From Planctomycetota bacterium (GTDB lineage: Bacteria > Planctomycetota > SZUA-567 > H5-PLA8), in contig BTVV01000011.1 of the NCBI GenBank assembly GCA_045863855.1, positions 27,480-91,479 on the forward strand: 64,000 bases of DNA, read 5' to 3'. Below the pieces are notes generated by a model. The model ran no database searches. It was given only the letters and a program-made list of their open reading frames with translations, and was not told where the DNA came from. A program made the translations under genes and the position numbers. Of the stretch, positions 30,001 through 38,553 are shown in pieces (the stretch's first letter is position 1; each line of letters starts with the position of its first letter).

Positions 30001-30900
30001 ACGCTGACGGTCAAGTCGTTGTCGCCGGGCGGCGGAACGAGCAAGTTCCAGCTCAAGCTTCCGAACGGCAGCTTCCTGATCAGCAGCACCAAGTTGAAGC
30101 TCGACGAAACCTTGGGCGTGCGCAATCTTTTCGAGCGCAGCCTTCTGCCGGCGCACATCCGGCTGGAACTGTGGGACTTGACGATTCCGAGCACGCCGGT
30201 GCTGATCTACCCGCAGGATCCCAATACGCGCGGTTCGATCATTACGTACTCTTACAACTCCGTTCGCGACGGCGCGGCCGTGGGTTCCTATAAGTTGGGC
30301 GCATTCACGGGAGACGGGGTGTACACGACGCCCGCCGGTCAGTTGCTGGGCAAGCTGGGTGGGCAGTCGGTTCTGGCCTCCAGCGCGTTCCTGGTCAAGA
30401 AGGCCACCTTTAAGCTGAAGGGCAGCCAGGTGACGTCCGACATCAGCGGCGTGATGGCGCGCTTCGGCGGCGACGATCTGCGGCCGGTGGGCTTGAGCGA
30501 CGTGGAAGTGACGATCGGCGGCGGAGCGGATTCCATCGCCACCGGGTTCAGCGAGACGCTCAATTTCCAGACTTCGCCGCGCTTCAAAACCAGGGCGCCT
30601 TCCAACGATCCGGGGCTCAAGAAGGCGATTTTCAGCTTCGTGCGCGATACGCGCGTGCTGGGTGCGACGGGGATCAAGACGCTCACGTGGGCCAACTTGG
30701 GCGGCGCCTTCCGCGTGGTCACCTTCCCGATGGACAACGCCAGCACCGTGGGTATCGACGTGACGCGGCAATACCAGACGGTGGATCTGAAGCTGTCGAT
30801 CATCAACGAGAACAGCACGGGTTCGGGCCTGCAGAGCTTTAACGGCGAGGCGCAGTTCATGGTCGAACGCTCGGGCGCGACGACCTTCGTTCGAAAATAG
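27055..30900 (+). CDS. Large exported multidomain protein (N-terminal domain ending YPVVVDP, NIDO-like domain, PKD-like domains, tandem C-terminal beta-domains)
   Basis: Long ORF with GC3-biased codons; hydrophobic leader; MPFNFVYYG...WVHLNGY...RLIVEW...TFQLILYE; PKD motifs FTTPG and FTEPGIYRVT. Start 27049 (TTG) or 27055 (ATG). Confidence 0.8.
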   Translation: MHGRRLAIMVLLSFGSALLLGRAIFSQRGTQPTEEQRGTEADRLPLAHLVAAQPEREGAADADGFRVPAGLEPVDRTLEVTPEAVQNVNNRMATVFSSDYHEGVLHRRDFGHRASLRWVPQGQDFRVGFDRVHEVPAQVGSRAEVVDAGEAQRVVYRGTYPGVDERFEVRTDGGVEHDFILNERAEIPANAESMTFHGRIELSRGMTVWDGAIQVQGRYKATQGLEFKDARGNTAFRLSRGVAYDKQVTLPNGRCDMEKLSEDARNAVLCEYFVEPREDGGIDLAIAVPAKWLSDSRRTYPVVVDPNIGPGGLSDASLAGGIPFYTGTAAGSQNFGLINGNATQLTFPFVCATKFDDAADFIVMPFNFVYYGILRGPGTPFPILWVHLNGYASWAAPFPPDPISQCPVLCSQPEFVNGPIPTAGCPLDAFFVYHDDLRLSGQPNTGVYWLLQGQTGNRRLIVEWFKMGFVGGAANEVITFQLILYECNNTIQFNLILDESEVDRQRASIGIENPSGTIGIQYDFDSITAGAPDPAGQPTALPPITPGTAVTFVPALGANLNVTVDGNILTAGQAYDPGSCIPARSCFVANVTPPVISCGGAGPAIPPSFGFQWQITVPDPNTGGTSLIALYNTRSFCRTFTTPGALRIQLVVIDSFGVPSVFGPFTYQACDFPRVLISADPQGGNVPLAVNFFSNSISSTIDYRAFDDANTFPVGTRLTAPTDVAVTAGADGQLHTRPVGDDLIDNSTSPPQILVGLNLVIDTKAANGGAVIVAGDPVAGLTTVPGGDDVIVGNNIVDGGNGTAETTALPPDLQIIALNDLTPPGASLFWEIERYIEPFLGTPPVFYASMTPGDAAPQFTFTEPGIYRVTANWTGVDVVTNLPTLGKYPVYVFTEDPNTPVDDNMVIEASTFSVAWKGKTDGPDPDILPDDPNKDSFTVRGTLSLPELTPSMIASRHLRANLIVNANTLVFDVGNGRLNPNGTLTVKSLSPGGGTSKFQLKLPNGSFLISSTKLKLDETLGVRNLFERSLLPAHIRLELWDLTIPSTPVLIYPQDPNTRGSIITYSYNSVRDGAAVGSYKLGAFTGDGVYTTPAGQLLGKLGGQSVLASSAFLVKKATFKLKGSQVTSDISGVMARFGGDDLRPVGLSDVEVTIGGGADSIATGFSETLNFQTSPRFKTRAPSNDPGLKKAIFSFVRDTRVLGATGIKTLTWANLGGAFRVVTFPMDNASTVGIDVTRQYQTVDLKLSIINENSTGSGLQSFNGEAQFMVERSGATTFVRK

Positions 30901-31016
30901 TGAACTTGGCGGTCCGAGCGGTGCGGTGCGGATGCCACAAGTATTCGGTTCGCGGCAGTACACGGCAGGGACGAGGTCCGATTTCGATCGGCCGGTCCCC
31001 GGAGGCTAGGTGAAGC

Positions 31017-33923
31017 ATGACCGTCAAGCGTGCAGGTGGGACCGGTTGGGTCGCGGCCTTGAGCGTGCTGGTTGGGTGCGCCTGCTTCGGGGTTAGCGCG
31101 AGCGAAGCGGAAGGTCCCGTGGTCAGCAACCGTTCGTCGGGCGTGATTGTCCCGACGCCGCATTACACCTACGACGTTTCGGGCGGCGATCTGAACACGG
31201 TTATTGTGAACTTCAGCTTCGCGGGCTCGCTGCCGAATGCCCCCACTCAGCCGGCGCCAGCTAACCTGTTCTATCGAATTATTCTGGAACTGAACGCCGA
31301 TTGCCCGCCGGAATTGCCGGTGGCGAACCCCAACGTCTTGGCTGCAGGTGGCGGCGGCAGTTACACCTTTGTCAACTTGCTGGCCGCGCCGGGCACCGTA
31401 ATCGATCCGGGTCCGAACGGGGTGCTGGATTACGTAGCGGCCACGGATCCGATGAATCCGTTACGCAACCAGGAAGAACTTGCGGCCTTGAATACGGACT
31501 GCGCCGGGTTGCCTGTCGTGTCTCCGTTTCCGCCGGCCGATGACGTGATTCAAATCGATCCGCCGCCAAGCAACAAGCACCGGGTCGTGGCGGGTACGAA
31601 CTTGGTCGCGGATACGCAAATTCGCCAGAACATCGTGATCCGGCCGGGTCCGGTGATTGTGCCCGGTGGCGTTTGTGCGAATAACCCTCCGGGGCCGCTC
31701 CCGCAGACCGTTCCGGCGCTCGAAACGATTCCCCAAGGCGACGATCGGATTGGGATCGCGTGCGATACCGGCGGCCCGGTAATCCTGGCCGGTCCGAACA
31801 ACATTGCCGATACGATCGCGTTGACGGGCGTGATCATCCGGCCGGGTCCGAACGGGACCATTCAGACGCCGGCGAATAACCTGAACCCGCCGCCCTTGGG
31901 CGACGATCTGGCGCTCACGGTCACGGCGAACGACGTGAACGGGAATCCGGTCTTTACAGAGCAAGTGATCTTGGACGGCGGCAACGGTTGTGTGGACACG
32001 GTGGTTCAGACGCTTCCCGACGGTACGGCCGTCAGCGACGATATTCAGATCGTGCAAGTGGGATTGTACATCAACAACGACGTGCAGGTGGCGCCCTTCG
32101 GCACCAGCCCGCCGCCCACCAACGCGACTCGGCCCTTCCGCGTTCCGTATTTCACGGACGATATCCAGATCGCTCCGCTGGGCTTGCCAACGGCCGCGAA
32201 TAAAGGCGCCTTGGATACGGGCTGGATCGATGCGGCGACCTACGAAGCCGCCATCGACGAAATTGTTCCCGTCACCTACTCCCTGCCGCTGCTCAATCCG
32301 TTCCAAGTTGACCAAGTAGTCTGCGCGCGCCTGCATATTAAGGTGGCCGTGGATATCAACGGGACGGGCGAAGTGGACACCACCTTCGACCGCTTGATTC
32401 GCTTGACGCTGGCGAACTTCAGCCCGAAGGCTGACTTGGCCTTCGGCGATAGCGTACTCAATTGCGCGCCGGTGGGTTCGGACGTGTCGTTTAACATCGA
32501 TCTCTCGCAGGACCAGGATGGTTACTTTGCCTATGGCGCGTTCGAATTCGGCGACGAGCGCGTCGTGTATCCTCCGGACGGCAAGGCGCTGGATCCCATC
32601 AGCCTTTTCGCTCCTGCGGACCTCCTGCTGTTGCCGGGGCTGCTGGATGATTTTGGCGGCGATACCGGCATGCTCGCGTTCCCGGGCGTCCATCAATACA
32701 GCCTGCCCGGAAACTATAAGGCTCGGCTGACCCTGATCGACAACGGGCGCATCCCCTTTGCCACCCCTCCCGTCGTGACGGCGACCTTGCCGCCCGCCGG
32801 GGCGTCGGATCCGGAATTGCAGGAGTATTTCCAGAACGTACTTAACGAGCTCCGCCTGCAAAATAGCGAAGTGACCTTCACGCCGGAGATTGCAAACGGT
32901 GGCGTGGACATGACCTTGAGTCTCAGCACAACGGTGGTGGTGTTGGGTGATGACTTTATAGACAACAACGGTACCTACGACGTGATCGTCGACGGCGGCG
33001 ACCGCGTTGCCGACTCGACCGTCCGCGCGATCATTAGTCATGGCGGGGATTTCCTAATCAGCCCATTGACGGTAGTGGGTGGCGACGACCGGGTCGTGTC
33101 CTTCCGTTTTCCGTTCGTGCCGCCTGCCACGCCGCCCACCACCTTCCAGCAGTACGTTGTGGACGGCGGCAACGGGGTGGTGGAGTCCTTCCCCGATCCG
33201 CTCAGCGACGACGTCTACTTGGGCGGGTTCACGGGCACGTTGCAAGTCTTCCCGCCGCCCGACGATCTGTTGTGGGATGAAGTGCAGGTGATTTCGGAGA
33301 CCGCCCCCACGGGTCCGGCGCTCGATTCCACGGGCCGATACAACCTCGATCCGCAACTGCGGCAGAAGACGATCCAGGTCTGCGTAAAGGGCAACCTGCA
33401 GACGAAGACGGGCAAGTTCGTGGACAACTTTGCCACGCCGGCGCGCGATACCTTCACGCTGACGGGCACCATCAATGCATTCGATCCCCTGAATCCGGGG
33501 TTCCCATTCCCTATTAACCTCGGTACTTCAACGGTGGTTGTGAACCTGATTCAGCCTGTGGGTGGCACCACGCTGCCGGTCTTGACGGGTACGCTGGATG
33601 CGCGGGGCCGGATTAAGGACGAACTGACGAACGGGAAGGCGCAGTTCACGTACAACCCTCGCACGCGCCAGTTTAAGATCACCGTGAGCAAGGCCACGGG
33701 GATCGAGGACGGCTTCGATTTCTACGACACCTTGGTGGATCCGACCCGTGCGGGCATGCCGTTGGACCCGTCGCTGGGAGAGACGGCCAACCTGAAGTTC
33801 GGAGCGGCGGTGACAAGTCTGGAAATTATAATCGACGGAACTTCGTTCCTCGGCCAAAACCTCTTCCAGTTCAAGAGCAACACCAAGAGCGGGACGGGCT
33901 CGAAGCCGGTGGTTACGCCCTAA
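31017..33923 (+). CDS. Large exported PKD-domain protein with GDD/DGGNG repeats
   Basis: Signal peptide (VSA-S); PKD motif FEFGD...HQYSLPGNYKARLTLIDN; multiple GPNG/DGGNG/GDD repeats. Confidence 0.8.
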   Translation: MTVKRAGGTGWVAALSVLVGCACFGVSASEAEGPVVSNRSSGVIVPTPHYTYDVSGGDLNTVIVNFSFAGSLPNAPTQPAPANLFYRIILELNADCPPELPVANPNVLAAGGGGSYTFVNLLAAPGTVIDPGPNGVLDYVAATDPMNPLRNQEELAALNTDCAGLPVVSPFPPADDVIQIDPPPSNKHRVVAGTNLVADTQIRQNIVIRPGPVIVPGGVCANNPPGPLPQTVPALETIPQGDDRIGIACDTGGPVILAGPNNIADTIALTGVIIRPGPNGTIQTPANNLNPPPLGDDLALTVTANDVNGNPVFTEQVILDGGNGCVDTVVQTLPDGTAVSDDIQIVQVGLYINNDVQVAPFGTSPPPTNATRPFRVPYFTDDIQIAPLGLPTAANKGALDTGWIDAATYEAAIDEIVPVTYSLPLLNPFQVDQVVCARLHIKVAVDINGTGEVDTTFDRLIRLTLANFSPKADLAFGDSVLNCAPVGSDVSFNIDLSQDQDGYFAYGAFEFGDERVVYPPDGKALDPISLFAPADLLLLPGLLDDFGGDTGMLAFPGVHQYSLPGNYKARLTLIDNGRIPFATPPVVTATLPPAGASDPELQEYFQNVLNELRLQNSEVTFTPEIANGGVDMTLSLSTTVVVLGDDFIDNNGTYDVIVDGGDRVADSTVRAIISHGGDFLISPLTVVGGDDRVVSFRFPFVPPATPPTTFQQYVVDGGNGVVESFPDPLSDDVYLGGFTGTLQVFPPPDDLLWDEVQVISETAPTGPALDSTGRYNLDPQLRQKTIQVCVKGNLQTKTGKFVDNFATPARDTFTLTGTINAFDPLNPGFPFPINLGTSTVVVNLIQPVGGTTLPVLTGTLDARGRIKDELTNGKAQFTYNPRTRQFKITVSKATGIEDGFDFYDTLVDPTRAGMPLDPSLGETANLKFGAAVTSLEIIIDGTSFLGQNLFQFKSNTKSGTGSKPVVTP

Positions 33924-33950
33924 AGCCGGTCCACATCAGCCGATGCAGCG

Positions 33951-33987
33951 AGCGATCCCGGGTATTACGCCCGGGATCGCTTCATTT
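33951..33987 (+). terminator. Hairpin terminator after the two large exoprotein genes
   Basis: 12-bp stem AGCGATCCCGGG/CCCGGGATCGCT followed by TCATTT. Confidence 0.7.
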
Positions 33988-34120
33988 GCGGACTCCATGC
34001 TTCGTGAAAATGCGTTGACAAGCACAGGGTGCTTCACGAATATCTACCCGACAGGTCTACTATTCTCAGTGCGCCGATGGCCGATGTAAGCAGTTGGGCC
34101 GCAACGGATAAAGTGAACCC

Positions 34121-35203
34121 ATGAGCAACCCTCAAGACCTTAAAACGATCAAAGAAGAGAAGCATTACGAACTGACGCGCTTGCTGGCCGAGGGCGGCAT
34201 GGGCGCCGTGTACGAGGCCAGCCAGTTCGGTGCCGAAGGCTTCCAGAAGACCGTGGCGCTGAAGTCGATCCTCGAGACGTATTCGAGCAACATGGAGTTC
34301 GTGCGGCTGTTCATCGGCGAGGCGAAGCTGGTGGCCGACTTGGTGCACGAGAACATCGTCCAGGTGTACCACTTAGGCCGCACGGGCGATATGTACTACA
34401 TCGCGATGGAATTCGTGGACGGGTTCAACCTCGAGAAGTTCATCGACCACCACATCGACAAAGGTTTGGAACTGCCGGTCGATCTGGCGGCGTTCATCAT
34501 CAGCCGGGTCTGCCGCGGGCTGGAATACGCGCATAAGAAGCGCGGGCGGGACGGCGAGCTGCTGGGCATCGTGCACCGCGACGTTTCGCCGAAGAACGTG
34601 ATGATCAACAGCGAAGGCGTTGTGAAGCTGACCGACTTCGGAATCGCCAAGGCGCGGCAGGTGATGGAGCAGGAAGAAGGCGAAGTGCTGATGGGCAAGG
34701 TCGAGTACATGTCGCCCGAGCAGGCGCAGTATCTGGAGACCGACCTGCGCAGCGACGTTTTCTCGCTGGGCATCGTCTTCTACGAACTGCTGACGGGGCA
34801 CCACTTGTTCGAGACCGAGGACATCTACGAGACGCTGAACAACGTGAAGCGCAAGCCGATCCCCGATCCGCGCACGTTCCGGCCCGAAGTGCCGGAAGCG
34901 CTGGCGAAGATCCTGATGCGCAGCCTGGAGCGCGACCTGGACAAGCGCTACCAGACGGCGGGCGAGATGGGCTTCGAACTCGAGTACTTCATGTACCACG
35001 ACCGTTACGGCCCGACGAACGTGACGCTGAGCAATTATCTGAAAGAGCATTTCCTGAACCGGCCCGCGGACGGGCGCGACCAGGACCGGGCGCCGGCGGG
35101 CAAGAGCAAGCGGAAGGTCAGCGACGAGACGACCAGTGCGATCGCTCACCGCGCGGACACCATGTTCGGGGATCTGCTGAAAGACCCCGACAAGTCCGAG
35201 TAA
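34121..35203 (+). CDS. Cytoplasmic Hanks-type Ser/Thr protein kinase
   Basis: AEGGMGAVY, VALK, HRDVSPKN, DFG, GKVEYMSPEQ, DVFSLG; no TM segment. Confidence 0.95.
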   Translation: MSNPQDLKTIKEEKHYELTRLLAEGGMGAVYEASQFGAEGFQKTVALKSILETYSSNMEFVRLFIGEAKLVADLVHENIVQVYHLGRTGDMYYIAMEFVDGFNLEKFIDHHIDKGLELPVDLAAFIISRVCRGLEYAHKKRGRDGELLGIVHRDVSPKNVMINSEGVVKLTDFGIAKARQVMEQEEGEVLMGKVEYMSPEQAQYLETDLRSDVFSLGIVFYELLTGHHLFETEDIYETLNNVKRKPIPDPRTFRPEVPEALAKILMRSLERDLDKRYQTAGEMGFELEYFMYHDRYGPTNVTLSNYLKEHFLNRPADGRDQDRAPAGKSKRKVSDETTSAIAHRADTMFGDLLKDPDKSE

Positions 35204-35240
35204 CGCGCTCGAACGAAGCCGGTCGGTGCGAACCGTTTTT

Positions 35241-35813
35241 ATGTCCGCGAGGACCTGCGCTGCCGTGTCCGACCCTGCGGAATCCCTGATTCACCCCAAG
35301 CTGTCCATCACGCGGCCCGACCAGCCGGTGGAAGAGTTTCAACTCGTCAAGAGCCCCGTCACGGTCGGGCGCGTCCAGACCAACGATATCGTGATCAAGG
35401 GCGATACGGCGATCTCGCGCGAGCATTGCCGGTTCGAGGTCGATTCGGATTCGGGCGTCTGCGAACTGGTGGATATGGGCAGTTCGAACGGAACGTTTCT
35501 CAACGGCAAGCAGCTCCAGAAGGACGAACGCCGCCGCCTGCGCCCCGGAGACAAGGTTCAGGTGGGGCTGACGGTGCTGGTCTTCTCGGTCGACCGGCCG
35601 TCGGCGGGGGCGATCGTGCGGACGGTGAAGCAGAAATTTTACAACGCTCCGCTTCCGCCGAAGGCCGGCGAAGAGCAGGCCACCGAGTTCGGCGAGGACT
35701 TCTGCACCTGCGGGCGCTGCGGGAATACGATCGGGACGACGGGCCTGGTGCCCGGCGACAAGGTGGGCTGTTTGCGCTGCCGCGCGGTCTGGACGATCCC
35801 CAAGCGCGCCTGA
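35241..35813 (+). CDS. FHA-domain protein with C-terminal Zn ribbon
   Basis: VGR, ISREH, DMGSSNGT; CGRC...CLRC. Start uncertain. Confidence 0.88.
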   Translation: MSARTCAAVSDPAESLIHPKLSITRPDQPVEEFQLVKSPVTVGRVQTNDIVIKGDTAISREHCRFEVDSDSGVCELVDMGSSNGTFLNGKQLQKDERRRLRPGDKVQVGLTVLVFSVDRPSAGAIVRTVKQKFYNAPLPPKAGEEQATEFGEDFCTCGRCGNTIGTTGLVPGDKVGCLRCRAVWTIPKRA

Positions 35814-35819
35814 AATCGA

Positions 35820-36656
35820 TCAGGGCTCGGGGTTGCGCTCGAGCCAATCGTTTTTCCAGCGATCCCAATTGCCGCCCATCGAGAACGATCCGCCGCCCAC
35901 CTGCTTTTGGCCGTTTTCGAGTGCGAACTTGCGGCCCAGGCGTTGCATGTACCAGCCGTAAAATTCCACGAGCGTGCGGCATTGGGCGTCGGTTAGTTCC
36001 GGTGCGAGTTCGAACTCACAAGCCGTACCTTGAATCAAGCCGAGGGGCGGGTCTTGAATGTCGTGCTTGGATGCCGGTTTGATTTCCATCTTGCGGATAG
36101 CCTGATCCGAAACATCGAGCTGCTCGCGCATGCCCGCCGGCCAAGTGGCCATCGCCACGACGGGGTCAAGCTTCGCGCGAAGCGCCTTCTCTTGGCCGGG
36201 CCAGAGCGGTTGTGCGTACCCTACGACGAGCCGCACGCGCCGGCCTTGGGTATCGGGCAAGAGCAGCGGCGGCAGCGCTCCAAGCAATCCCACGATCAGT
36301 ACCGCCGCCAGCATCAGCCGCAGCGAGTATCGTCGTAACGCCAGGCCCAGCCCCAATCCCATAAGCGTGGCGGTCCCGGCCAGTAGCAGCGACCACTGCC
36401 AAGCCGGTGTGCCCGCTAGAATCGAAACCCGGCTGGCGCTTCCCGATCCGGTTGCGAACTCTTCCACGAGCCAGTCGCTGGAGCGGTCCGGGCTATAGAC
36501 CTCCATAAAAAGAGCGTTAGCGGTTCCAAGAAAAAAGAGGCCGGACAACCAAACCAAGAACAACCCCAGGATAATACGTGCAGGTGTCAAAGGTTGCTGC
36601 TTCGATGCCGACGTGGCGGTGGCGAGCATACCGTTTTCTTGCGAATGGTTCGGCAT
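35820..36656 (-). CDS. Hypothetical membrane protein (3 TM plus soluble domain), distant relative of the 19.8-21.7 kb genes
   Basis: LALRRYSLRLML motif; FELAP...LVEFYGWYMQ. Confidence 0.65.
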   Translation of the reverse strand: MPNHSQENGMLATATSASKQQPLTPARIILGLFLVWLSGLFFLGTANALFMEVYSPDRSSDWLVEEFATGSGSASRVSILAGTPAWQWSLLLAGTATLMGLGLGLALRRYSLRLMLAAVLIVGLLGALPPLLLPDTQGRRVRLVVGYAQPLWPGQEKALRAKLDPVVAMATWPAGMREQLDVSDQAIRKMEIKPASKHDIQDPPLGLIQGTACEFELAPELTDAQCRTLVEFYGWYMQRLGRKFALENGQKQVGGGSFSMGGNWDRWKNDWLERNPEP

Positions 36657-36710
36657 GGCTTTCGAATTTTACGATTTTAATGGGTGGGCATGCGCGATCC
36701 GATTCCAACG

Positions 36711-36736
36711 AAAAAGGCGGGCCGAAGCCCGCCTTT
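36711..36736 (-). terminator. Rho-independent terminator of tal
   Basis: AAAGGCGGGC-CGAA-GCCCGCCTTT with an A-run on the + strand (U tail on the - strand). Confidence 0.8.
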
Positions 36737-36767
36737 CCCGTATGCCGGTAGCGTCCGACCGAAGGGC

Positions 36768-37454
36768 TTACTTCTTGCCCAGCGCCGCGTCGCGTTCGAT
36801 GATCATCGTGCCCTTCGGAATCTTCTGCGCGTCTTCGACGAAGCGCTTCAGACCGATGTCCGTCAGCGGGTGCTTGAGGAGCTGCCCGAAGACCTTGAAG
36901 GGGATGGTCGAGATGTCCGCGCCGGCCAGCGCCGCGTCGCGGATGTGGATCGGGTCGCGGACCGAGGCGACCAGGATCTCGGTCTTGAACTTGTAGTTGT
37001 CGTAGATGGTGCGGATCTCGCGGATGAGCTGCATGCCGTCGAAAGCGATATCGTCCAAGCGGCCGACGAAGGGGCTGATGAACGTCGCGCCGGCCTTGGC
37101 CGCCAGAAGCGCCTGGGTGGGGCTGAAGCAGAGCGTCACGTTGGTCTTGATGCCTTCGCCGGTCAGGGTCACGCAGGCCTTGATGCCGTCTTCGATCAGG
37201 GGCAGCTTGACGACGATATTCGGCGCCACCTTCGCCCAGACGTGCGCTTCGTACATGATGCCGTCGTAGTCGGTCGCCAGCACTTCGGCGCTTATCGGGC
37301 CGTTGCAGATTTCGCAGATTTCCTTCACCAGGTCCATGTACTTGCGGCCGGACTTGGCGACCAGCGAGGGATTGGTCGTTACACCGTCCAGGATACCCAA
37401 CTTGGCGGCTTCGCGGATTTCATTGATCTCGCCCGTATCGACGAAGAATTTCAT
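36768..37454 (-). CDS. tal: Transaldolase (short FSA/Tal family)
   Basis: [18 protein letters not shown] (Glu), VVKLP (Schiff-base Lys), TLCFS (Phe, as in transaldolases rather than the Tyr of FSA), SPFVGRLDD. Confidence 0.92.
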   Translation of the reverse strand: MKFFVDTGEINEIREAAKLGILDGVTTNPSLVAKSGRKYMDLVKEICEICNGPISAEVLATDYDGIMYEAHVWAKVAPNIVVKLPLIEDGIKACVTLTGEGIKTNVTLCFSPTQALLAAKAGATFISPFVGRLDDIAFDGMQLIREIRTIYDNYKFKTEILVASVRDPIHIRDAALAGADISTIPFKVFGQLLKHPLTDIGLKRFVEDAQKIPKGTMIIERDAALGKK

Positions 37455-37605
37455 GCCGAACCTCCTTTTTCGATCGAAATGCGGGCTCCGGTCGCGGCGC
37501 CCGATTTGCGGAATAGTGAAGTGCTAACCCGGTAGCAGGGTCGGGTCAAGCGCGAACGTGGAGCGCATGAGGTCAGGATTGGGTAAAGGCGCTCAAGGCA
37601 GGGCT

Positions 37606-38343
37606 TTACGGCCCCATACCCATTCCTTCGGTGACGCTTTTGGAGGTCGGCGTCTGCAATCCGGGATCGGTGTCGCGCTGGCGCCCGCGGGCCTGATCGG
37701 CCGGGCGCAGGTCTTTTACGGTGAACGCCTCGGTATGCGCCGGCCGCACGGTGGTCCGCTCGCCTTGCCGTATCGTCAGCCTGTAGCGCAGCCACCAGCT
37801 TCCGGGATCGAGCCGGCCGGCAGGGACTCGCAGCGCCGGGTTGCCGCCTTCCTTCTCATTCTCCGCGGCGCGGGGAGCGGGGCGCTCGGGCGCCGGGTTG
37901 GGGACCGGTGCTTGCGCGCGCCCGATCATCAGCACCGGCTCTTCGGGAGCCGTTGCGGCTTGGGGAGCGGGCGGTTCCGCTCCAGGTTCGGGCAACTCCA
38001 AGGTAGCCGAAACTTCGACGAGGCGCTTGATGCGGTCGATATCGGCGCGGGTAATCGTCAAGCGCGCGCCGGCGGGCGCGATGCCGGCGGAGACGATCAG
38101 CGTCGGGGCGGCGTCTTCGGTGGTCAGGCGCACCCCGAACTGTTTGCGCAGTTCCTTGGCCAGTTCTTTAGGCTCGTCCGTGGGCGAGAGCAGGCAATGC
38201 GCGGAGACCACACGGCCTTCGGAAGCTTGCGCCCAGTCGAAGGCGCGCGCGGCGCTCAAGTCTAGTTCTTCGGCGAAACCAAAGCCCGCGCCGAGCAGCA
38301 CGCTCGCCAAGCCGGCCATCGCGAAGACTCGAGTCAGGTTCAC
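37606..38343 (-). CDS. Exported hypothetical protein, PrcB_C-like fold suspected
   Basis: GTG start with AGGAG RBS; signal peptide (GFA-E); PALRVPAGRLDPGSW resembles the 62925-63482 protein. Confidence 0.6.
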   Translation of the reverse strand: MNLTRVFAMAGLASVLLGAGFGFAEELDLSAARAFDWAQASEGRVVSAHCLLSPTDEPKELAKELRKQFGVRLTTEDAAPTLIVSAGIAPAGARLTITRADIDRIKRLVEVSATLELPEPGAEPPAPQAATAPEEPVLMIGRAQAPVPNPAPERPAPRAAENEKEGGNPALRVPAGRLDPGSWWLRYRLTIRQGERTTVRPAHTEAFTVKDLRPADQARGRQRDTDPGLQTPTSKSVTEGMGMGP

Positions 38344-38553
38344 GTACGGCTCCTGCCGCTGTCACATACCCTAGGGACGGTTCTCAAAAAGCCCATCTTA
38401 GAGCTACAAATCGTGCCGGCCAGTGCGAGCTGAGGCGGCTTGATCTTGCTTTCGCTTACCGGGCGCACGAAACTACGTGCGGAGGCCGCCGGGGCTTCCG
38501 CGCCGATATGCGAATCGAATGTTCAACGTCCGCTTCATGGGGAGGAATCCGCC

